Shown in pieces: positions 13,401-28,400 of a stretch of DNA of 64,000 bases (the first letter of the stretch is position 1; the number at the start of each line of letters is the position of its first letter). The stretch is from Podarcis gaigeae. Lineage: Eukaryota. The notes beneath the pieces are model-generated. The model was given only the letters and a program-made list of their open reading frames with translations. It had not been told where the DNA came from and did not search any database. A program made the position numbers and the translations under genes. The DNA lies in the NCBI GenBank assembly GCA_964106915.2, contig OZ066916.1; one strand, 5' to 3'.

Positions 13401-16400
13401 ATTAGATGTGATTATAAATAAATACAGAGATGTGGAAGAACGACACTTCAGCAACCAATCACCAATGTGAGAATATGCTCAAGGCTTTAGCGACATTAGT
13501 TTCCCCACCAACTGCATGACTTATGGGATTTCTGTTGCTAGAGGAATGTTGCTAGCCTTAGAGGAAATGGCAACAGCCATTCCAGGGGTCATATCCCAGT
13601 TTCCAAATGCACACAGCAGCATGGAGCTCAAGGCAGATGGCATGTGGATATGTCCATAATACATCCTTATTCAAAATATCCCTACAGTGTTTGCAAAAGG
13701 CATGGAGGAAGAAAAACCACCCAACGGAGAATTTTTTTCATCTGATATTAATTTTGGTTGTGGAAAAGACAAACTCTATATCATGAGTTTTGAATGTCAG
13801 TGGTTGATGTTAACAAATGCTTTCTCTTTTGTCAAAAGGCATTTCTTCAGAGCTTTAAAAACATGCTTATTGAGAAGGCTGTTAAACCTGTTAAGTACAG
13901 GGACCCACAGACCAAGAGCAGCTATGCAAAACCAGATGAGCCAGGCACAGAAGAGGAAGGGAATCCTTTGCACACCCGAAGCTTGTTGAAGATCCAAGGA
14001 AGAAGGTTTCATCAATGACTTCTTTCTGCCCTCAGCACTCTCTGCAAGTCATTGGGTGGCCAGCCAACACTCCCTGAAGCCTCCCTGCTGTGACCCATTC
14101 ACAAAATCCTATTCCTTATCCAGCCTAACATCTTTTACCAAAGATACACACTGATTCAATAAGAGAGAAGCTTCCCTCCACCCTCCTTTCTTTTTTTTTT
14201 CTTTTCTTTTTTCTTCTCCCCCTAATGCCTCAACAAATGAAATGGATTTGTAAAAATGTTACACGGGGGGGGGGGGGAAATACGAGGCATTATACTTACA
14301 CTGTAAAACAAGAAAACCCTTAATAAAATATATTTATAAAAAAAAAAGAGAGAGAGAAGCTTCCCCTTCACCCCTGTTACTATATACCCCTGGGTCAAGG
14401 TGATGCATCACTATCACCACTCTGCCCTGTTTTGATAATCTCTTAATCCCCGCTTTCATTTTTAGAAGTAATTTCTTAACCCTAATTTTCAGTCTTCAAC
14501 CCCTGCTGAGAGACAGGGCTTAAATATTGGCGGTTAAATTTCCTGTTTAATTTCCCAACATATTCAAGCCCTGCTTTGCACATACAATAATAACAGGGCT
14601 GGAGTGGATTCATCCAGTCTAATCTTGTGCCCTAAAACAGGATATCCTATACCATCTCTGCTTCCTGTGCAAAGCACACAGCAGCATCCAGGTATTATGA
14701 AAAGAATGAGTCATATTTCCATTCCAAATATTGCTTTTAGAGTTGGCTGGGGATTTTGCTTTATAGTCCAGTGGGCTGCGGTGGAAATGAAGAGATCTAT
14801 GAATGTTTAGGACTAATCCATGGTATGAAGAATGACAGGCTTTGCAGGAACTTGTGCACATTCTAAAAGGGAAGCTGGGTGTCATAAAAGTAATTGATGC
14901 AGTGATGAAAAAATAACCGCTCTTGAAAAAAATCCACAATTAACTCAGAGAGGAAACTGATGTCATATTACTTTCAGACTCAGAAAGGCTGTAGATTTTT
15001 AAACAACATGCCCATACGAAAATAATTTACTTTTTGTTACAGACTGAATGCAAAGCGATTTGGAACACTAACACTAACAGAAAGATGTACATTCATAAGA
15101 AGTTACTGTTTCATACCTTCATTTCTTCTGTCTGTTGTTTTACTGTTTCTAGGTCTGTTCCAACTGGTGACATCGCAGCTAATTTACTGCCAGCGATATC
15201 CACCCAGTCAAAGATGGCCTGTAAACATATTGAATAAGAATAAAAAAATCAGGTAAAATAGTAGTCCAAGCAATGCTATAGCATAGCCTCATAGTAGGTG
15301 CAACATAATAATAATTGATCTGTGAATGCCACTAAGTACTGTGTATTTCCTACTGAATAAAACTGTATTACAGGCAACAACTGTTTCATGCTTGTCTAAT
15401 ATGTGCATAACTGTGAACATGCGCATCACCACAACCTGGACATGACCTCAAAGGGGGGGGGGGCAGAGGCATAAAGGGGCAGAGTGGGCTTATGCACACT
15501 CCACTGATGCGCACGGGGGTCAGGAACATAAGCCCCCCCCCCCACAAAACAGTTGTTGCCTGTTCAAAGAATTTAGAATTTTCTTCTGGGTTTTTCCACT
15601 GTGACAACTTTTTGTGCACTTCTTTTCTGAATATAAGAGTTGCCAAATATTTTAATCCCCAGAAAACCTACAATTGGCACATCAATGGAGAATCTTGTGG
15701 CGTCTTATGAACCAACCAAATTATTGTCACGTATTTGTTGCAATCCTCTAATACCTACCTGCGAATAAGTTTCATTGGGTCATGCCTAGTATTGAACTTT
15801 AAAGTGCCACAAATCTCTTTGTTGGTTTTGAGGTAACAGATAGTGTGATGTAACAGATAGTGTGGCTGTCCTTCTGCAATGTATGAGTCAAATCATTTAT
15901 TAAAATTCTCAAGATATCTGAAGGTCTTTAGAGGAAGCTCAGAGGGTGATATTCTAGTTACAGATAGGTAGCCGTGTTGGTCTGCCATAGTCAAAACAAA
16001 AAAAATTCCTTCCAGTAGCACCTTAAAGACCAACTAAGTCAGTTCTTGGTATGAGCTTTCGTGTGCATGCACACTTCTTCAGATACCAAAGAGTGATATT
16101 CTAACACTCTCCCAGTGCCATATCTATGACTCAAGATGGGTAAAAATGCAGCAGAGGGAGCCAGATTTTCATAACATTCAAGGACATTGCATAACACTGG
16201 ATAGCAAAGGCCACTTCACTCCCCGTTAATGAGGTGTGAACTACTACCGGGGATCATGCATCAGCTGTGCCTGAGCAGTTGTGTTCACACTTCACCTCCA
16301 ACTTGGCAGCAGGTATTACATTTAAGAGCATGCATACATGTGCATGTCAATATATCAAAGAGCACCTCTCCTACCCCAATAAAATCTAGGAACTAGCCTG

Positions 16401-19400
16401 CTTAGTTCCATTTGGTGGGAAAGATCCACATCTTTTTGGAGTGTGCACTGCTTCTGCAAGTTTCTTCCAGACATAATGTCATACTGGAGACAATGCAGGA
16501 TAAACACTAAGAAACTGGTGGCTTTTAGGTTAGGAATTAAAGCCAAGTAATGAAAGCTGAAATATAGAAATAAGCATGTTGCTGGGACCCTCTGGTCAAA
16601 TACAGTCTTTTTAAAAAACAAAAAACAAAAACCAGAGTCTAAAAAGTAATTGGGCATAAGGTTACGATGTTCTCCTGCCTCTTAACATTTTACCATGGTC
16701 CAACGTGCAATGCAGTTTCTAATGCAGAGATGGGGAACCCTTTTTCCAGACTGTAGTCCACAATAGTGAGCAAGCCCAGAGGCAAAGTGGGTAAAGCAAC
16801 TAATCTACAGTTTACCTTCATATAGCAGACTTGATTCTACACACACTTACACACTCCACTCCATACTCTCATCCAGGTTACTAAGAGGCACTATCAGAGT
16901 TCAAGAACACAGTCCAGCCAGGCAAAAACACTCAAAGTGGGTATAAAGTAAGGTTGACTGTGACCTGGGGGAAGCAGGTGCAGTTGAAGGTGGGTGGCCT
17001 GGGGTGAGTGCAAAGGGCCAGGCAAAGAGGACTGGAGGGCTGCTTTGGTTTCCCCCACCCAGGACTGAGGGACCTCATCCTTGTTCCAACAGGTAGTTAG
17101 TTATTCTGTCTTTACAAGCAATGTATGTGATCCAAAGCAGTGAAACGGGAACCTCATTTACAATTTACAAATGATCCAAAGATCTGCTGAGCAGATAAAA
17201 TTTAGCAAGGCCAGTCATTAAATATGATAATTTTGGAATATGTGGGATGTTGCTCACTGAATAGAATCAAATCACCATTAGATGTTATGGATGGCAACAT
17301 GAGAACAGGCCTTCTCTGCAGTGGCACCACATCTGTGGAATGCTCTCCCCAGGAAGGTTTGCCTGGCGCCTTCATTATACACATTTTAGGTGCCAGGCAG
17401 AAACATTCCTTTTTAACCAGGCCTTTGGTTGATTTAATTAACATCCTATGCCCTTTTAAAATGTGGTTCTTTGGGGGGGTATTGGGTTGTTGTTTTTATT
17501 TTGATTATATATTTTGTGGTTTTATATTTTGATTTTGTTTTGTGAACTGTCCTGAGATCCACAGGTATGGGGTGGTACATAAATGCTAACAACAACAACA
17601 AATCAATAGGAATATGTTCAGATTAAAACCTAGTTATAGGATCAGTTACAATCACATAGGTAAATGCTATAAAATTGACCTTCAAACCTTGTGATATGGA
17701 AAAGCTATCTTTATTGAAATAAGCAATTAGTAATCTTTCTAGAATTGATCTGTTGATCAAAAAGCGACATGTAATGCTTATATTGTACAGTGGTGAGGGG
17801 AAAAAAAGAGATGTTAAAAATTGAGATAAACTACTTTTAACATTTCTGTTCTTAGCACTGTTTAACCAATTCTTTTTTAAAAAATGCGCTTGAAAAATCA
17901 TCAGCTAAGTTTAGCACTCCTATTACACACCCAGTGTACCTGAACTATAACCTGAACCTTATCAATAGATGGTTAGGAAGCTAGCAGCCATAAAATGTGA
18001 AGATATTCAATTATAGACATGCTTCTATTGGAGACAAATTTCATGTCAACTACCATGACATACCAGCAAATTAAAATGTATAGAATCTACCAAGTGAATC
18101 TTCTGTCCAAACTAAAAAAGGACCTTGCAAAAAAAAGCTTAGCCCCCCCCCCTTTGGTTTGAATGTCACCATCGCATATTTTGTCTGAGCTAAATGTATC
18201 ATAGTGACCAAACTCTTTCAGCGGAGGTTCTCTTGATCTACTGCTGCATCCTTATTTAACTGGCATATAGGTCTTGAACAGATGCAACAAAAAGTCATGG
18301 TTTTTCATTATGTGAATGATCAGCAGCAAGTCTCATGTGCTCCTCATCTCCTTTCCCCCACTTCAAACATGAAGTGGTATAAATGTGAAGCTTTCATTAC
18401 CGGTTTGTAACAAACCATGGTTTCCTGTTCCATCAAAATCTGAGAACGTGAGGCATCCAAACCAGCATTTGATAATTTGCTCTAACCCGTTTGTTACAAA
18501 CCACAACTAAAGCTTTACATTTGTTCCTCCAATGCATAAAGGGGAGGGAAATGGAAGAGGGGAAAACATGTGAGTTTGATGATTGTCCTGGTTTGCACAC
18601 ATAACAGCAAACCAAGATTTGTCGCTACATCTGAACTAGTCACAAGGAAAAATACCTATGCATAGGTCAGTATTGTGCCCATATGATTTTCCTTCTACAG
18701 CAGCTCAGGGTAGAAAGAAAAAAGGGGCGGGGTTTAATTTTAAAAATGCCCCCTGTGCTGTGGCGCTCTCTCTCTCTCTCTCTCTCACACACACCCCCCC
18801 CTTTTATGAGAAGAATATGCTAGAAGACCCAATCACACATCTCCAATGTAGCACACTGCATGACCCATAACATTCATTTAACTTTGTATGGTTCATGCCC
18901 TCATATACATATTTATTAATTGTTCATTTAGAAATTTAGCTGCCCCACCCTGTGTTTTAGGGGAGAGATGGAGAACCTGGGGCCCTCCAGGTGTTGCTGG
19001 GACTACAGTTCTCATAATTCTGGAGTGTTGGCTGTGTGGGCTAGCACTGATGAGAACTGAAGTTCAACAACATCTGGAGGACCACAGGTTCCCCCAACCT
19101 CTGTTTTAGGGGAATGCAACACTATTATAAAATCAGGATCAGTAAAACCAACAGAATATCCAATAACATCAAATTAAAATACTCAATTCCACCAAAAGCC
19201 AGCCCGAACAACCAGGTTGTCTTGTGCTGCCAGAAAGAAGAACATAGGCTTGCATTTTGCCTGAAAAGTCCTCATCATACAAACTTGGTATAGTAATAGA
19301 AAAATTTGGGGTGCTGTTCCCAAGCAAATTCAAAAGTTGACGATCTAAGAACTTGCAGGAGGATGAAGATGAGGTCACAATAGTATGCAACCATTAAGTG

Positions 19401-22400
19401 CTTTATAGGTTAAATGAAAACCAACATTTTCAATTGTTCTGAACCAACAATTCAGAATCAAATCAGGGTCTCTGGCTAATTAAAAATGTTACCCTTAAAA
19501 AAGAAAAAAATAATATTAGATAATGCTTGTAAATTTTAAAGATTAAAATAACCTTACCTGCAATCCATCTTGATACTGAACAGCCGCTTGCATTGCTTCC
19601 TCAAGCTTGTCAACACGTTCTTTCCATGCTTTATTTAAAGCATCCCAAGCAGAATTTAGCTGCATTTTAAATGGAGATTCAGTTGAATAAAGAACTGGAA
19701 GGTAATGTCTATAACCTATATATTAAAATTTAGGATTGACATTGGATTAAGGTTTCTCTATCTGCAATATAAAAATTATGCAAGAGCTTCCCTAATGCTA
19801 TAATAAGAGCAAGGAGCATCACTAAATCTAGGTGGATATGTCTCTATCAAGTACCAGGATTCCATCCACCCAAGTTTTTGGTGGCTTATTACCATACCAT
19901 AGTTACATATGTGGATGGTTCCACTTATCAGTGCAAGTTAACCTATGAGCTTCATAGGTTTATTTCAGTTCTGCAAAGTGCCTTGAAGGTTTCAAAATCA
20001 AACCAGAATCCAGTGTGGTGAATTTTACTTTTGACTCCCCAAAGAACCCTGTTTGTTTCCCAAGTATTTAAATTAGGCACCATACATCAATTTAAAAAAA
20101 GAAACACCATTCTATTCTATCCATTTCATATGGGCATAAAATGCCAAACAATTACATGACTCATACCTCATCTATGCTCTTGTTGACTAATGGTTTGTCA
20201 GGTTCTCCACATGCTGCTATCAGTTCAGAGCCAAGGCTTACCACTACATCTAAGTCTTCTTGTAACCCATCTATCTCTTCTTTAATAGTCTAAAAAAGAG
20301 AAACAAAATTTTAAACTTTCCATAATATTAAATTTATTATTTAAGATTCATTCAGAGTGGCAAACATTATTTGCTATCCATGAGTGTTTAACTAGCATAG
20401 CATAAGATCAAGCTGACCTTAAATTTTAAAAATATATTGCTTTATAAAGAAGATGACAACATGAAGGAGGGAGTTTAAGAGTAGGCTTTTCTTCACCCAT
20501 TGGGCAGATGGTTGTTGTGGCAGGGGCTTAACAATTCCTCTGTATCCAGAACATTACAGGGACCAACATATCCACCTGCTTAGAAAAACAGCTTTCAAAT
20601 TCAATAGGCTAACATTGTAGCCATACAGTATGGGAAAATGACACCATAATGCTAAGAAAATAAGGTGAATATTAGCCTCCTTTTAAACAAATTAGTAGGT
20701 CTTGCTTATGAATATTATCAAATAAAAGTGCAATGTCTCAATGTCACATGGTCCCAGGCTGCTATTATTTCCCTGTAATGAATGTTTATGACTTTTGTGA
20801 ATAAAGGTTGGAAACCAGAGCTGTTTTAGGCATGTCCAATGGCAGTGAGATTATTTTATTCCCTCTCTTCCACTTTATCCCACACACATCCTACCACAGC
20901 AAATCACAAGTGGCTTAGGAAAGTCCTCTCACTTCAACAGGCAATACTGGGGAGGGGAGGGGAGTGGCTATCAGAAACGTAACCAAAAGACCAAACTTGT
21001 GCAGTCATTTGAACACCAAGTTGGGAGGAAGATTGGCCTGGGTGAGAACGGATAGTCTTCTAAAGGTGATTAATGCATGAATTTTTCCCCACTCAGTGGG
21101 TGGAATTCAACATCACACTATGCCAATATTCCACCAGCAAAGGCATTTCTGCTTGTCAGATGCAACTATCTCCCTTTTCCTCCTTTTCCATGCTGTTCTG
21201 GGGGTTCCCCTGACCCTCCAGAGCAGATTTTTGGGAGGTGAAGGGGGAGAAGAGGGGTGAATCTCTATTGAGCGAGTAGAAGTTCTTGTGCTGGCTTCCA
21301 TTAGCAAACTGGGTTAACTGAATCCGGCCTAATGCTTGAATCATCATTAGATGCCTTATAAGGACACAATAGTCATCAGAAAGAACGCAGAGTCCTGCTG
21401 GGTTGAGGCCAAAGGCTTATCTAGTCCAGCATCATGTTCTCACAGTGGTCAACCAGATACCCACAAGCAGGACCTGTGCACAACAGCACTTGTGAATCCC
21501 AGGAGCTGATATTCAGAGGCAAACTGCCTTTGACATTGGAGGTAGAACACAGCCATCACCTTTCATTATTACTTCAAATGCATTTTCCCCCATGCAAGTC
21601 TTTTCATTCAGCAATGCATAGACTCTGAAGAGAAAAAAGGGCATTACTGACTAGTGCAGGAAGGCAAAAAAATGCAGGCCATGATTACCTGTAGCTATGC
21701 ATTTGTTACACACAGGGATTTTTGTTTCTTAAAGAAGCAAAATAAATCCACACAGATGGTGCTGGACTCTATATCTAGTCCTGTCCATATATAATGGGTA
21801 ATTAGTTCCCACAATGTGAATGAGCTGTGGAGAACCTTGCGCTGGAGACAAGGAGGAGGTGGTTCAGTGTGGCTCATTCACATAGCTGGAAACAATGGTT
21901 TCCTGTTACATCTGAACCAGCCATGATGATTTGTAAAGGAATTTCCACTAAACATAGCATAACAATATAGTCCAAACTACTAACACGCTTATACATGATT
22001 GCTAAGAAATATATGGGAACAGGACAGTAGTCTAAGCCCAACAGTTACATTTTACCTACCTCTGCTGCTTCTTGCTGTTGCTTTACCACTGAAGGATCAA
22101 TTCCAGCTCCTTCTAGTTCTCTGATAAAATCCTGCGTATCCTTAATAGTGGCTATGAGAGCCATGTGATCACACCAGAACTTCTCTGCTAATTCCATTGC
22201 ATCAAGCAATTTGGCCTCCCTTTCCTCAGCCAGGGTATGGATGTCTTCCCACATAAAGACCATTTGATCCAACTTATCCTGAACCACTAGGAAGCAAAAT
22301 ATACAGGGGCAGGTATATAAAGTTCTGCTTCTTAAACGGTGCTTGTGGAAAGTTGTTCATGCATTTATTTTGAAATGTAAAATTCTGAAGTCTACCTTTA

Positions 22401-25400
22401 GCAGAGATGTCCTTATCAGCGCCTTCTGAACGGGCAATCATCTCCTCCCCACGCTGCTTGAGGGTTTCATAGACTGGCTGAAGTTTTTCAAGGTCGACAG
22501 ACACATTCTTATTTTCACCGATCTGTTCTTTAATCTTCTCAACCTCAGCTGAGATGGAAGGCGGTTGCCTCAAACGTTCAACAATGCGTTCTAGGCTCTC
22601 AGTGGTCGAATCTATCTTGTCATGGAACTATGCAGACAAATGGGGTGGAGGGAGAGAAGACTGGGTGAGTGACAGATTATTAGCAACATTTAAAAGGAAT
22701 TGGGTCAAACCAGAAAAACCCCAGTTATAGCTGAATGAACATGCTTAAAGCATCCTTAACTATTTTTGTGACCTTTTTTTTTGTCTTTCTCAACAGATTT
22801 ATGATCTTAGTTTAAGCAAAATTTATGCTTCCCAATCAAGGTGTCCAAATCATATCTGCTTGTTAGTGAACTAGGCAACTTCACAGTACAGACCAATTGT
22901 TATCTGTCTCATCATCACCATGTATTAATACTATGTATTAACAGTTTCCTGAACATAGTTTTATAACACAGAGGGAATAACACATTTTTTCTTTTACCTA
23001 TCCTTAGCCACAATGTGTTGTGTCATTTAAAAAATGTCAGCAATTCACATCATTAATAAGTTTTATCTAATAAATATCTTACTGCATTGGTTAATTACTG
23101 TTAACATTATGTGGCAGTGATTAATAGACATGGTATGAACATAAGCATCTAGCTCCTAGGTAGGTAGGGTCAGAAAACTATAATGCAGTAGCATTACATT
23201 GGAAAGTTGCAAGTTGCTTCATGCCAAGTCTGACCAACAGTCAGTCACTGTCCCACCACCGCTATTTTTGACAAAGACACCAGGAGAAACCCTGGGCTGT
23301 CTTGACACCAATTAGCCTCTTTGATTGTGTGCATGCATGAACAAATCACTATTATGTAGGATACTGGCTTTATTATTCAGGGAAAAACAATTTTGTAGTT
23401 CCCAAATAGGATAAGAATATTTCCATTTTTTAATTATGCCTTTCCTTCAAGGAACTTGATGGCACATGGGGAAGATTTGATTCACCAAAATACAATGCCC
23501 TTAATTCTTTAACAGATAGGAAGAGCAAATTTATGTGCAATGATGGGAGTATTCACATATTTGGTGACGTAGTGTCTTGGCAAGTCCACTATGTACCTAA
23601 AGTCTATTGATTTAAGATAACAACATCCTGCAGATGGAATCTAATTGTTACCTGGGTAGACTGAGATATGGCTTCGTCCAATGTCTGAGCTCGCTTTTTG
23701 ACATCTTCTTTAATTTGACTATAAAGGGCATCAGCTGCTACATACTTCTCTTGGATTGAAAAACCTTCTCGTGGGCTCAGTTCCAGAAGCTGAGGTCCGG
23801 TTTTATTCATCTTATCTATATGAGGCTTGTGTTCAGCAATCAACTCTCGCAGTTGCTATAGCAAAGCAAAACACTTATCAGTATCTAACCCTTACATCGC
23901 CACATTCCAGCTGTCTGTGCGTCCAACACGTTCAGCTGGCAAGGTGGTCTAAATAAACAATCCCATCTGCATGCTAAGACAAAGTATAACTCATACTGGA
24001 TATATCCATTTAGCCTTATTGTTGTGTTTTCAGCTCTAAGCATATAATGTTTCCTTTATACTAGAAAAACAGCATTTTAGTCAACCAAGATATTTAAAAG
24101 TACAGAATCTGGGAAGCAAAACAATATAATTAGTCAAAAGTATTCAGCCAGTTGTCCGGCACTCTAAATGATTTATTAAGTAATGGCATTCCAGAAGATG
24201 CCAAATTGTTTAAATATGATTATAAATAGCTCGCTAGGGCTCTAGAGCTGTAACAAAAGCAAGCAAATCAAACCTCCAAGGTTACATCAAGGAATCATAT
24301 TAAGATCATCCAATATTTTTGAGACTCACAGAAAATGCTGTGCTTTAAAATGGAAGCAACACATTGTTGCACTTTGTTCAGCTCCTTTTAAAGCATAACT
24401 TAACGGAACAAACTGTTATAGTTTTAAAGTTCACTTTTAGAAAGTGCTTCTGGGTACTTTTTCTTTTGTTTGTCTCTAGTTTCTGTTGAATTCAGTGTGC
24501 CTTCACTACTACTCAATGAGGCTTTAGCTCATTTTTCTACCCAGAACACTCTCTATAATTAATCTCCAACTTTGCTAATATGAAGACAGCCATGTTTCTC
24601 GTTATGGCTGCACTCTGCCTAGTCAGGAACCTCTGTCTTTTGTTAAGGCTGACTGAGTAACTGCTGGACTTTCTGTTTCCAAAATTGGGGGTCAGCCATC
24701 ACTTCTTTCCCCAAAATCCTGGGTACAGACTGAGTCTGCAGCACCTAGTCCAATCCAGCCTGCAATCTCTCTTAAAACTGAATCTAAATGCAGAAGTAGT
24801 GGCCACAACCATTTTTGTTGTTTGTTGCTGTCCCCCACCCCCTTTTCCCTATCCTCTGCTTTGCATAACATCCTGACTAAGAGTTCTGGAGAACTCAAAA
24901 GATTGTGATACTTTGGCTGGTCCAAATTAAGGTGTTACCCAACTTTGGATTTTTGATTTTTTTTCCCTTAGGGAACACCACAGCTTGCTTTGCATTCCAA
25001 CTATTTTGGATACTGTTGAACATTTTTATTCCTTAAAAAAAATGTAAATAATTTGTTCAGAGTTAGGCCACTAATTCACTAATCCACTTTTCACAATGAT
25101 CGCTCTGCCTTGAGAATAATCTCAAACTTGTGGTTATATTAAAATAGAAAATTTTTATTTCATAAGAAAATGGATTTTGGGTTGTTGTTTTTAACAGAGA
25201 ATAAAAAATATGTAAAATCTGATAAGTATTGGTTGGTTTGGTAAATGCGACATGCTAAAGAGAGGGCTGCACTTGACCTTTGGAATTAACAGCATTTTGT
25301 AAGGCGACTTCAAACTTACCCGGTGCTCTTCTTGTTGTTGCTTTAGGGTTTCATATTCAAGAGCTGGTGCTGGAAGCTGTGATATTACTGTTTTTGTTTC

Positions 25401-28400
25401 CGTTAGCCATGGCCAAATCTCTTCATAAGTCTCCCAGAACTGACTGGCTAGAGACTGAGCTCTTTCTAGCTGCAGGTTCCTCTTAGAGTTCATTTGACAG
25501 AGTATATTATACTTCTGCAAGAGGTCTTCCAGCTTCTTCTATTAAAGAAATTACCAACAAACACCAGCATTTATATTTTGGTTGGAGACATTTACAAGAT
25601 TACCATTGTGGCAGGTGACTATTCTTGATATAACGGGGTGGGCAATCTTTTAGTCCTTTAGGAGGCAAGTAGGCAGGTGCTTAGGGGAGGCATATCCACC
25701 AAGGAGTTCTGGATTCAGCATTCTGGGTCCAATTCTATGGAACTCCCCCCGGTTGATATCAGGCAGGCCCTCTTTCCTGTTGAATTTCGAGTGTTTACTG
25801 AAGGCCTTTTAAAATTTCAACAGGCATTTCAAGTAAGTTTTAAGAACATAAGATGAACCTGCTGGATCAGGCCAATGGTTCATCTAGTCCCCCATCCTGT
25901 TCTCACAATGACCTGTGGAAAACCAGCATGCAAGATTCAAGCACAAGAGCACTTTCCCCTCCTCTGGTTTCCAGCAACTGGTATTCAGAAGCATCGCTGC
26001 CTACAACTGTGCAGAGAATAGCCATTATGGCTAAAAGCCATTGATAGCTTTATCCTCTATGAATTTGTCTAATCCTCTTTTAAAGCCATACAAGTTAGAG
26101 GCCTTCACTGCCTCCTGCAAGTTCCATAGTTTAACCACGCGCTGCATGATGCAGCCAACTTGAGGCAGCTTAAGCTTTCAAGGCACATTTCAGCCCCCCT
26201 TACATAATCTTAGTGGGCTCCAGCGACATGGCTTGGGAATCCTTTACGCATGCAGATTTTCAAAGTTATTGGTAAGGAAGTGCAAATCATGCTCCATTAC
26301 CTTCATGGTTTGTTTGTCCTCTTCCGTGCATGTCTTCATAATCTCATCCCCAGATGCAACAAGCTCTTCTATTGTATCCTTGTGTTTCAAAATCTCCATG
26401 GTAAATGCCTAATTACATAATACAATACTCTGGTATTAGGAATATGAGGACATAGAGCAAAAGCCTGCACTATAATGGTTTGAAAATTAAATCATGGCAG
26501 AAAAAGTAATGGCCATTAATTATTGCATTACAGATGGAATCACATTTGTTCACCTTTTGAACTTGTAGCTGAGCAATGGTCTGGTCACGTTCAAGCCTAA
26601 TGTCACCCAGAGACATCAGTTTATTTTCTGTTTCCTCGACCCAGGCTAATTCAGTGTCGGCTGCTTGATCAAACTAAAGAAAACACAAAAAAATAAAATA
26701 GCAATTCATAAAAAAAAACCTCCAACTTGATGGGTAGAGGGTTTAAATGGAAAAGATATTTCAGAAAAGACATTTGATAAGATTGAGAGGTGGGGATCAT
26801 AGCTCAGTGGTAAGACTGCACTGGTTACATTTACACAGCCTCAAGTTTATGAGAACCTGTTTATATTTTAGATATCAGAACCAGTAAAACCCTAAATTGC
26901 AAAGCTGCCTCTAGGCCAGTTCTAAAATAGTGGGTATTTTAAGCTGCAATTCTAAGGGAGTTGCACATAGCTAAGAAAGTGTGTCGCAACACCTTCGGGA
27001 GGGGATAGAGGATGAAGCGATCAAGGTGTCAATGGCAACAAGATAGTGCCTATTAACTTCCCTGCTAGACCATAAGCTTTCCACAGTTTGTGCATTTAGA
27101 CCTGGAAGAGGAGAAGTGGTCTCTTCACTTCAGAGATATGATGGAGGATGAGAGAAATCTGGGTATTTTTAAAGGGACAGGAAAGGCAAGGCAGAACAGT
27201 GCAACATGATTCAGTGGCATTTGTCAAACACATACAGAGTCAGAAAGGTAAAGATTGTAAGCAGTGGGCCAAATATCTTTGAAAGGCAAGTGTGATGTCT
27301 CTGTGCAAAGCTCAAAAGTATACGAAATAAACACAGTGATCATTCACACATTATATGCAACGATATAATTTTCCTCCCTATGCTGTGATAATTTAAGGTA
27401 ATAGGAGAAAAAAACTTGAAATTGAAACAAGTAGCTTCAAGCTTGCTGATGAATTTTTGTTCAGCAGCTGCTTGCTAAAGTTTCCCTTTGAAGTTATTTT
27501 GTTGAAGAATAATGACTTTCAGGTCAGCAGCACAGCATCCTGGAATCAGTGCTAGTGGTTAAGAGTGTGAGGCTAGGTGTCTCGTTGCTGTGATTGAATA
27601 TAATGCAGCTTCTTATAATACCCACACAGTTTATTCTTATTTTAATAAATTCTAGGGCTCTCTGTGACACTGAGGAGTATATCAAAATCAGCTTATTTCA
27701 GAAGTGTTTTACAAAGAGGAAGCAGGAAATGTCAGAGCCACATTATACTTTATACTTCAACCGGAATTTTCTGTCAAAATTCTCACAAACATCAAAGGTA
27801 ATATTAATACTTGCTTTTCTTTAAACATCTTTTGCTCTTGTCCATCTTTAAGATTATTTCCCTGCCTCAATAGAGAGATTATTTTTTAGTTAGGCTAGAT
27901 CAATGGCATTAAAATCAATGGGCAGCAAAATAGGAATTGCTTCTTGGTAGAAGTTGACAGTCCAGTTGTGCAAACGCAAGTCATGAGTATCTATAGCATA
28001 CACATATTCCCCCCCCCCCGAAAATCTTATCCTTTCAGAGACCACTAGTGGATTTCTTTCAAATGTCATTTTCCAAACATGCATGGGAAAAGAGAGCAAG
28101 TTTGTGCCCACTGAGCTTCCCCCCACCATGACAATACTACTGGCGGTACCCTGACTTCCACACTCTGGGGGAAGGTTCTAAAGAAGGGAGAGCCCGCTGT
28201 ATGAACCTAGATTAGCACCCTGATCACAAAGGGTTCTGACAGAGGCAGAGCCCTACACACAAAGCAGACTCCTCATTTCAGACCTTCCCCTTCAATATGT
28301 AGATGGCGCAGGGGAAGGCAAGCCAGGGTCTGTTATCCCACTAGACACTGCTGTCATATGCAAATGTTCCATCCTCAACTTTGTTTCTTCCCCTGGGCTC

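Noticed and set aside
26790-26822. tRNA-like 5' fragment (ggggatcatagctcagtggtaaga)
   Set aside because: A-box only, with no B-box or cloverleaf; most likely a SINE head remnant rather than a tRNA gene.
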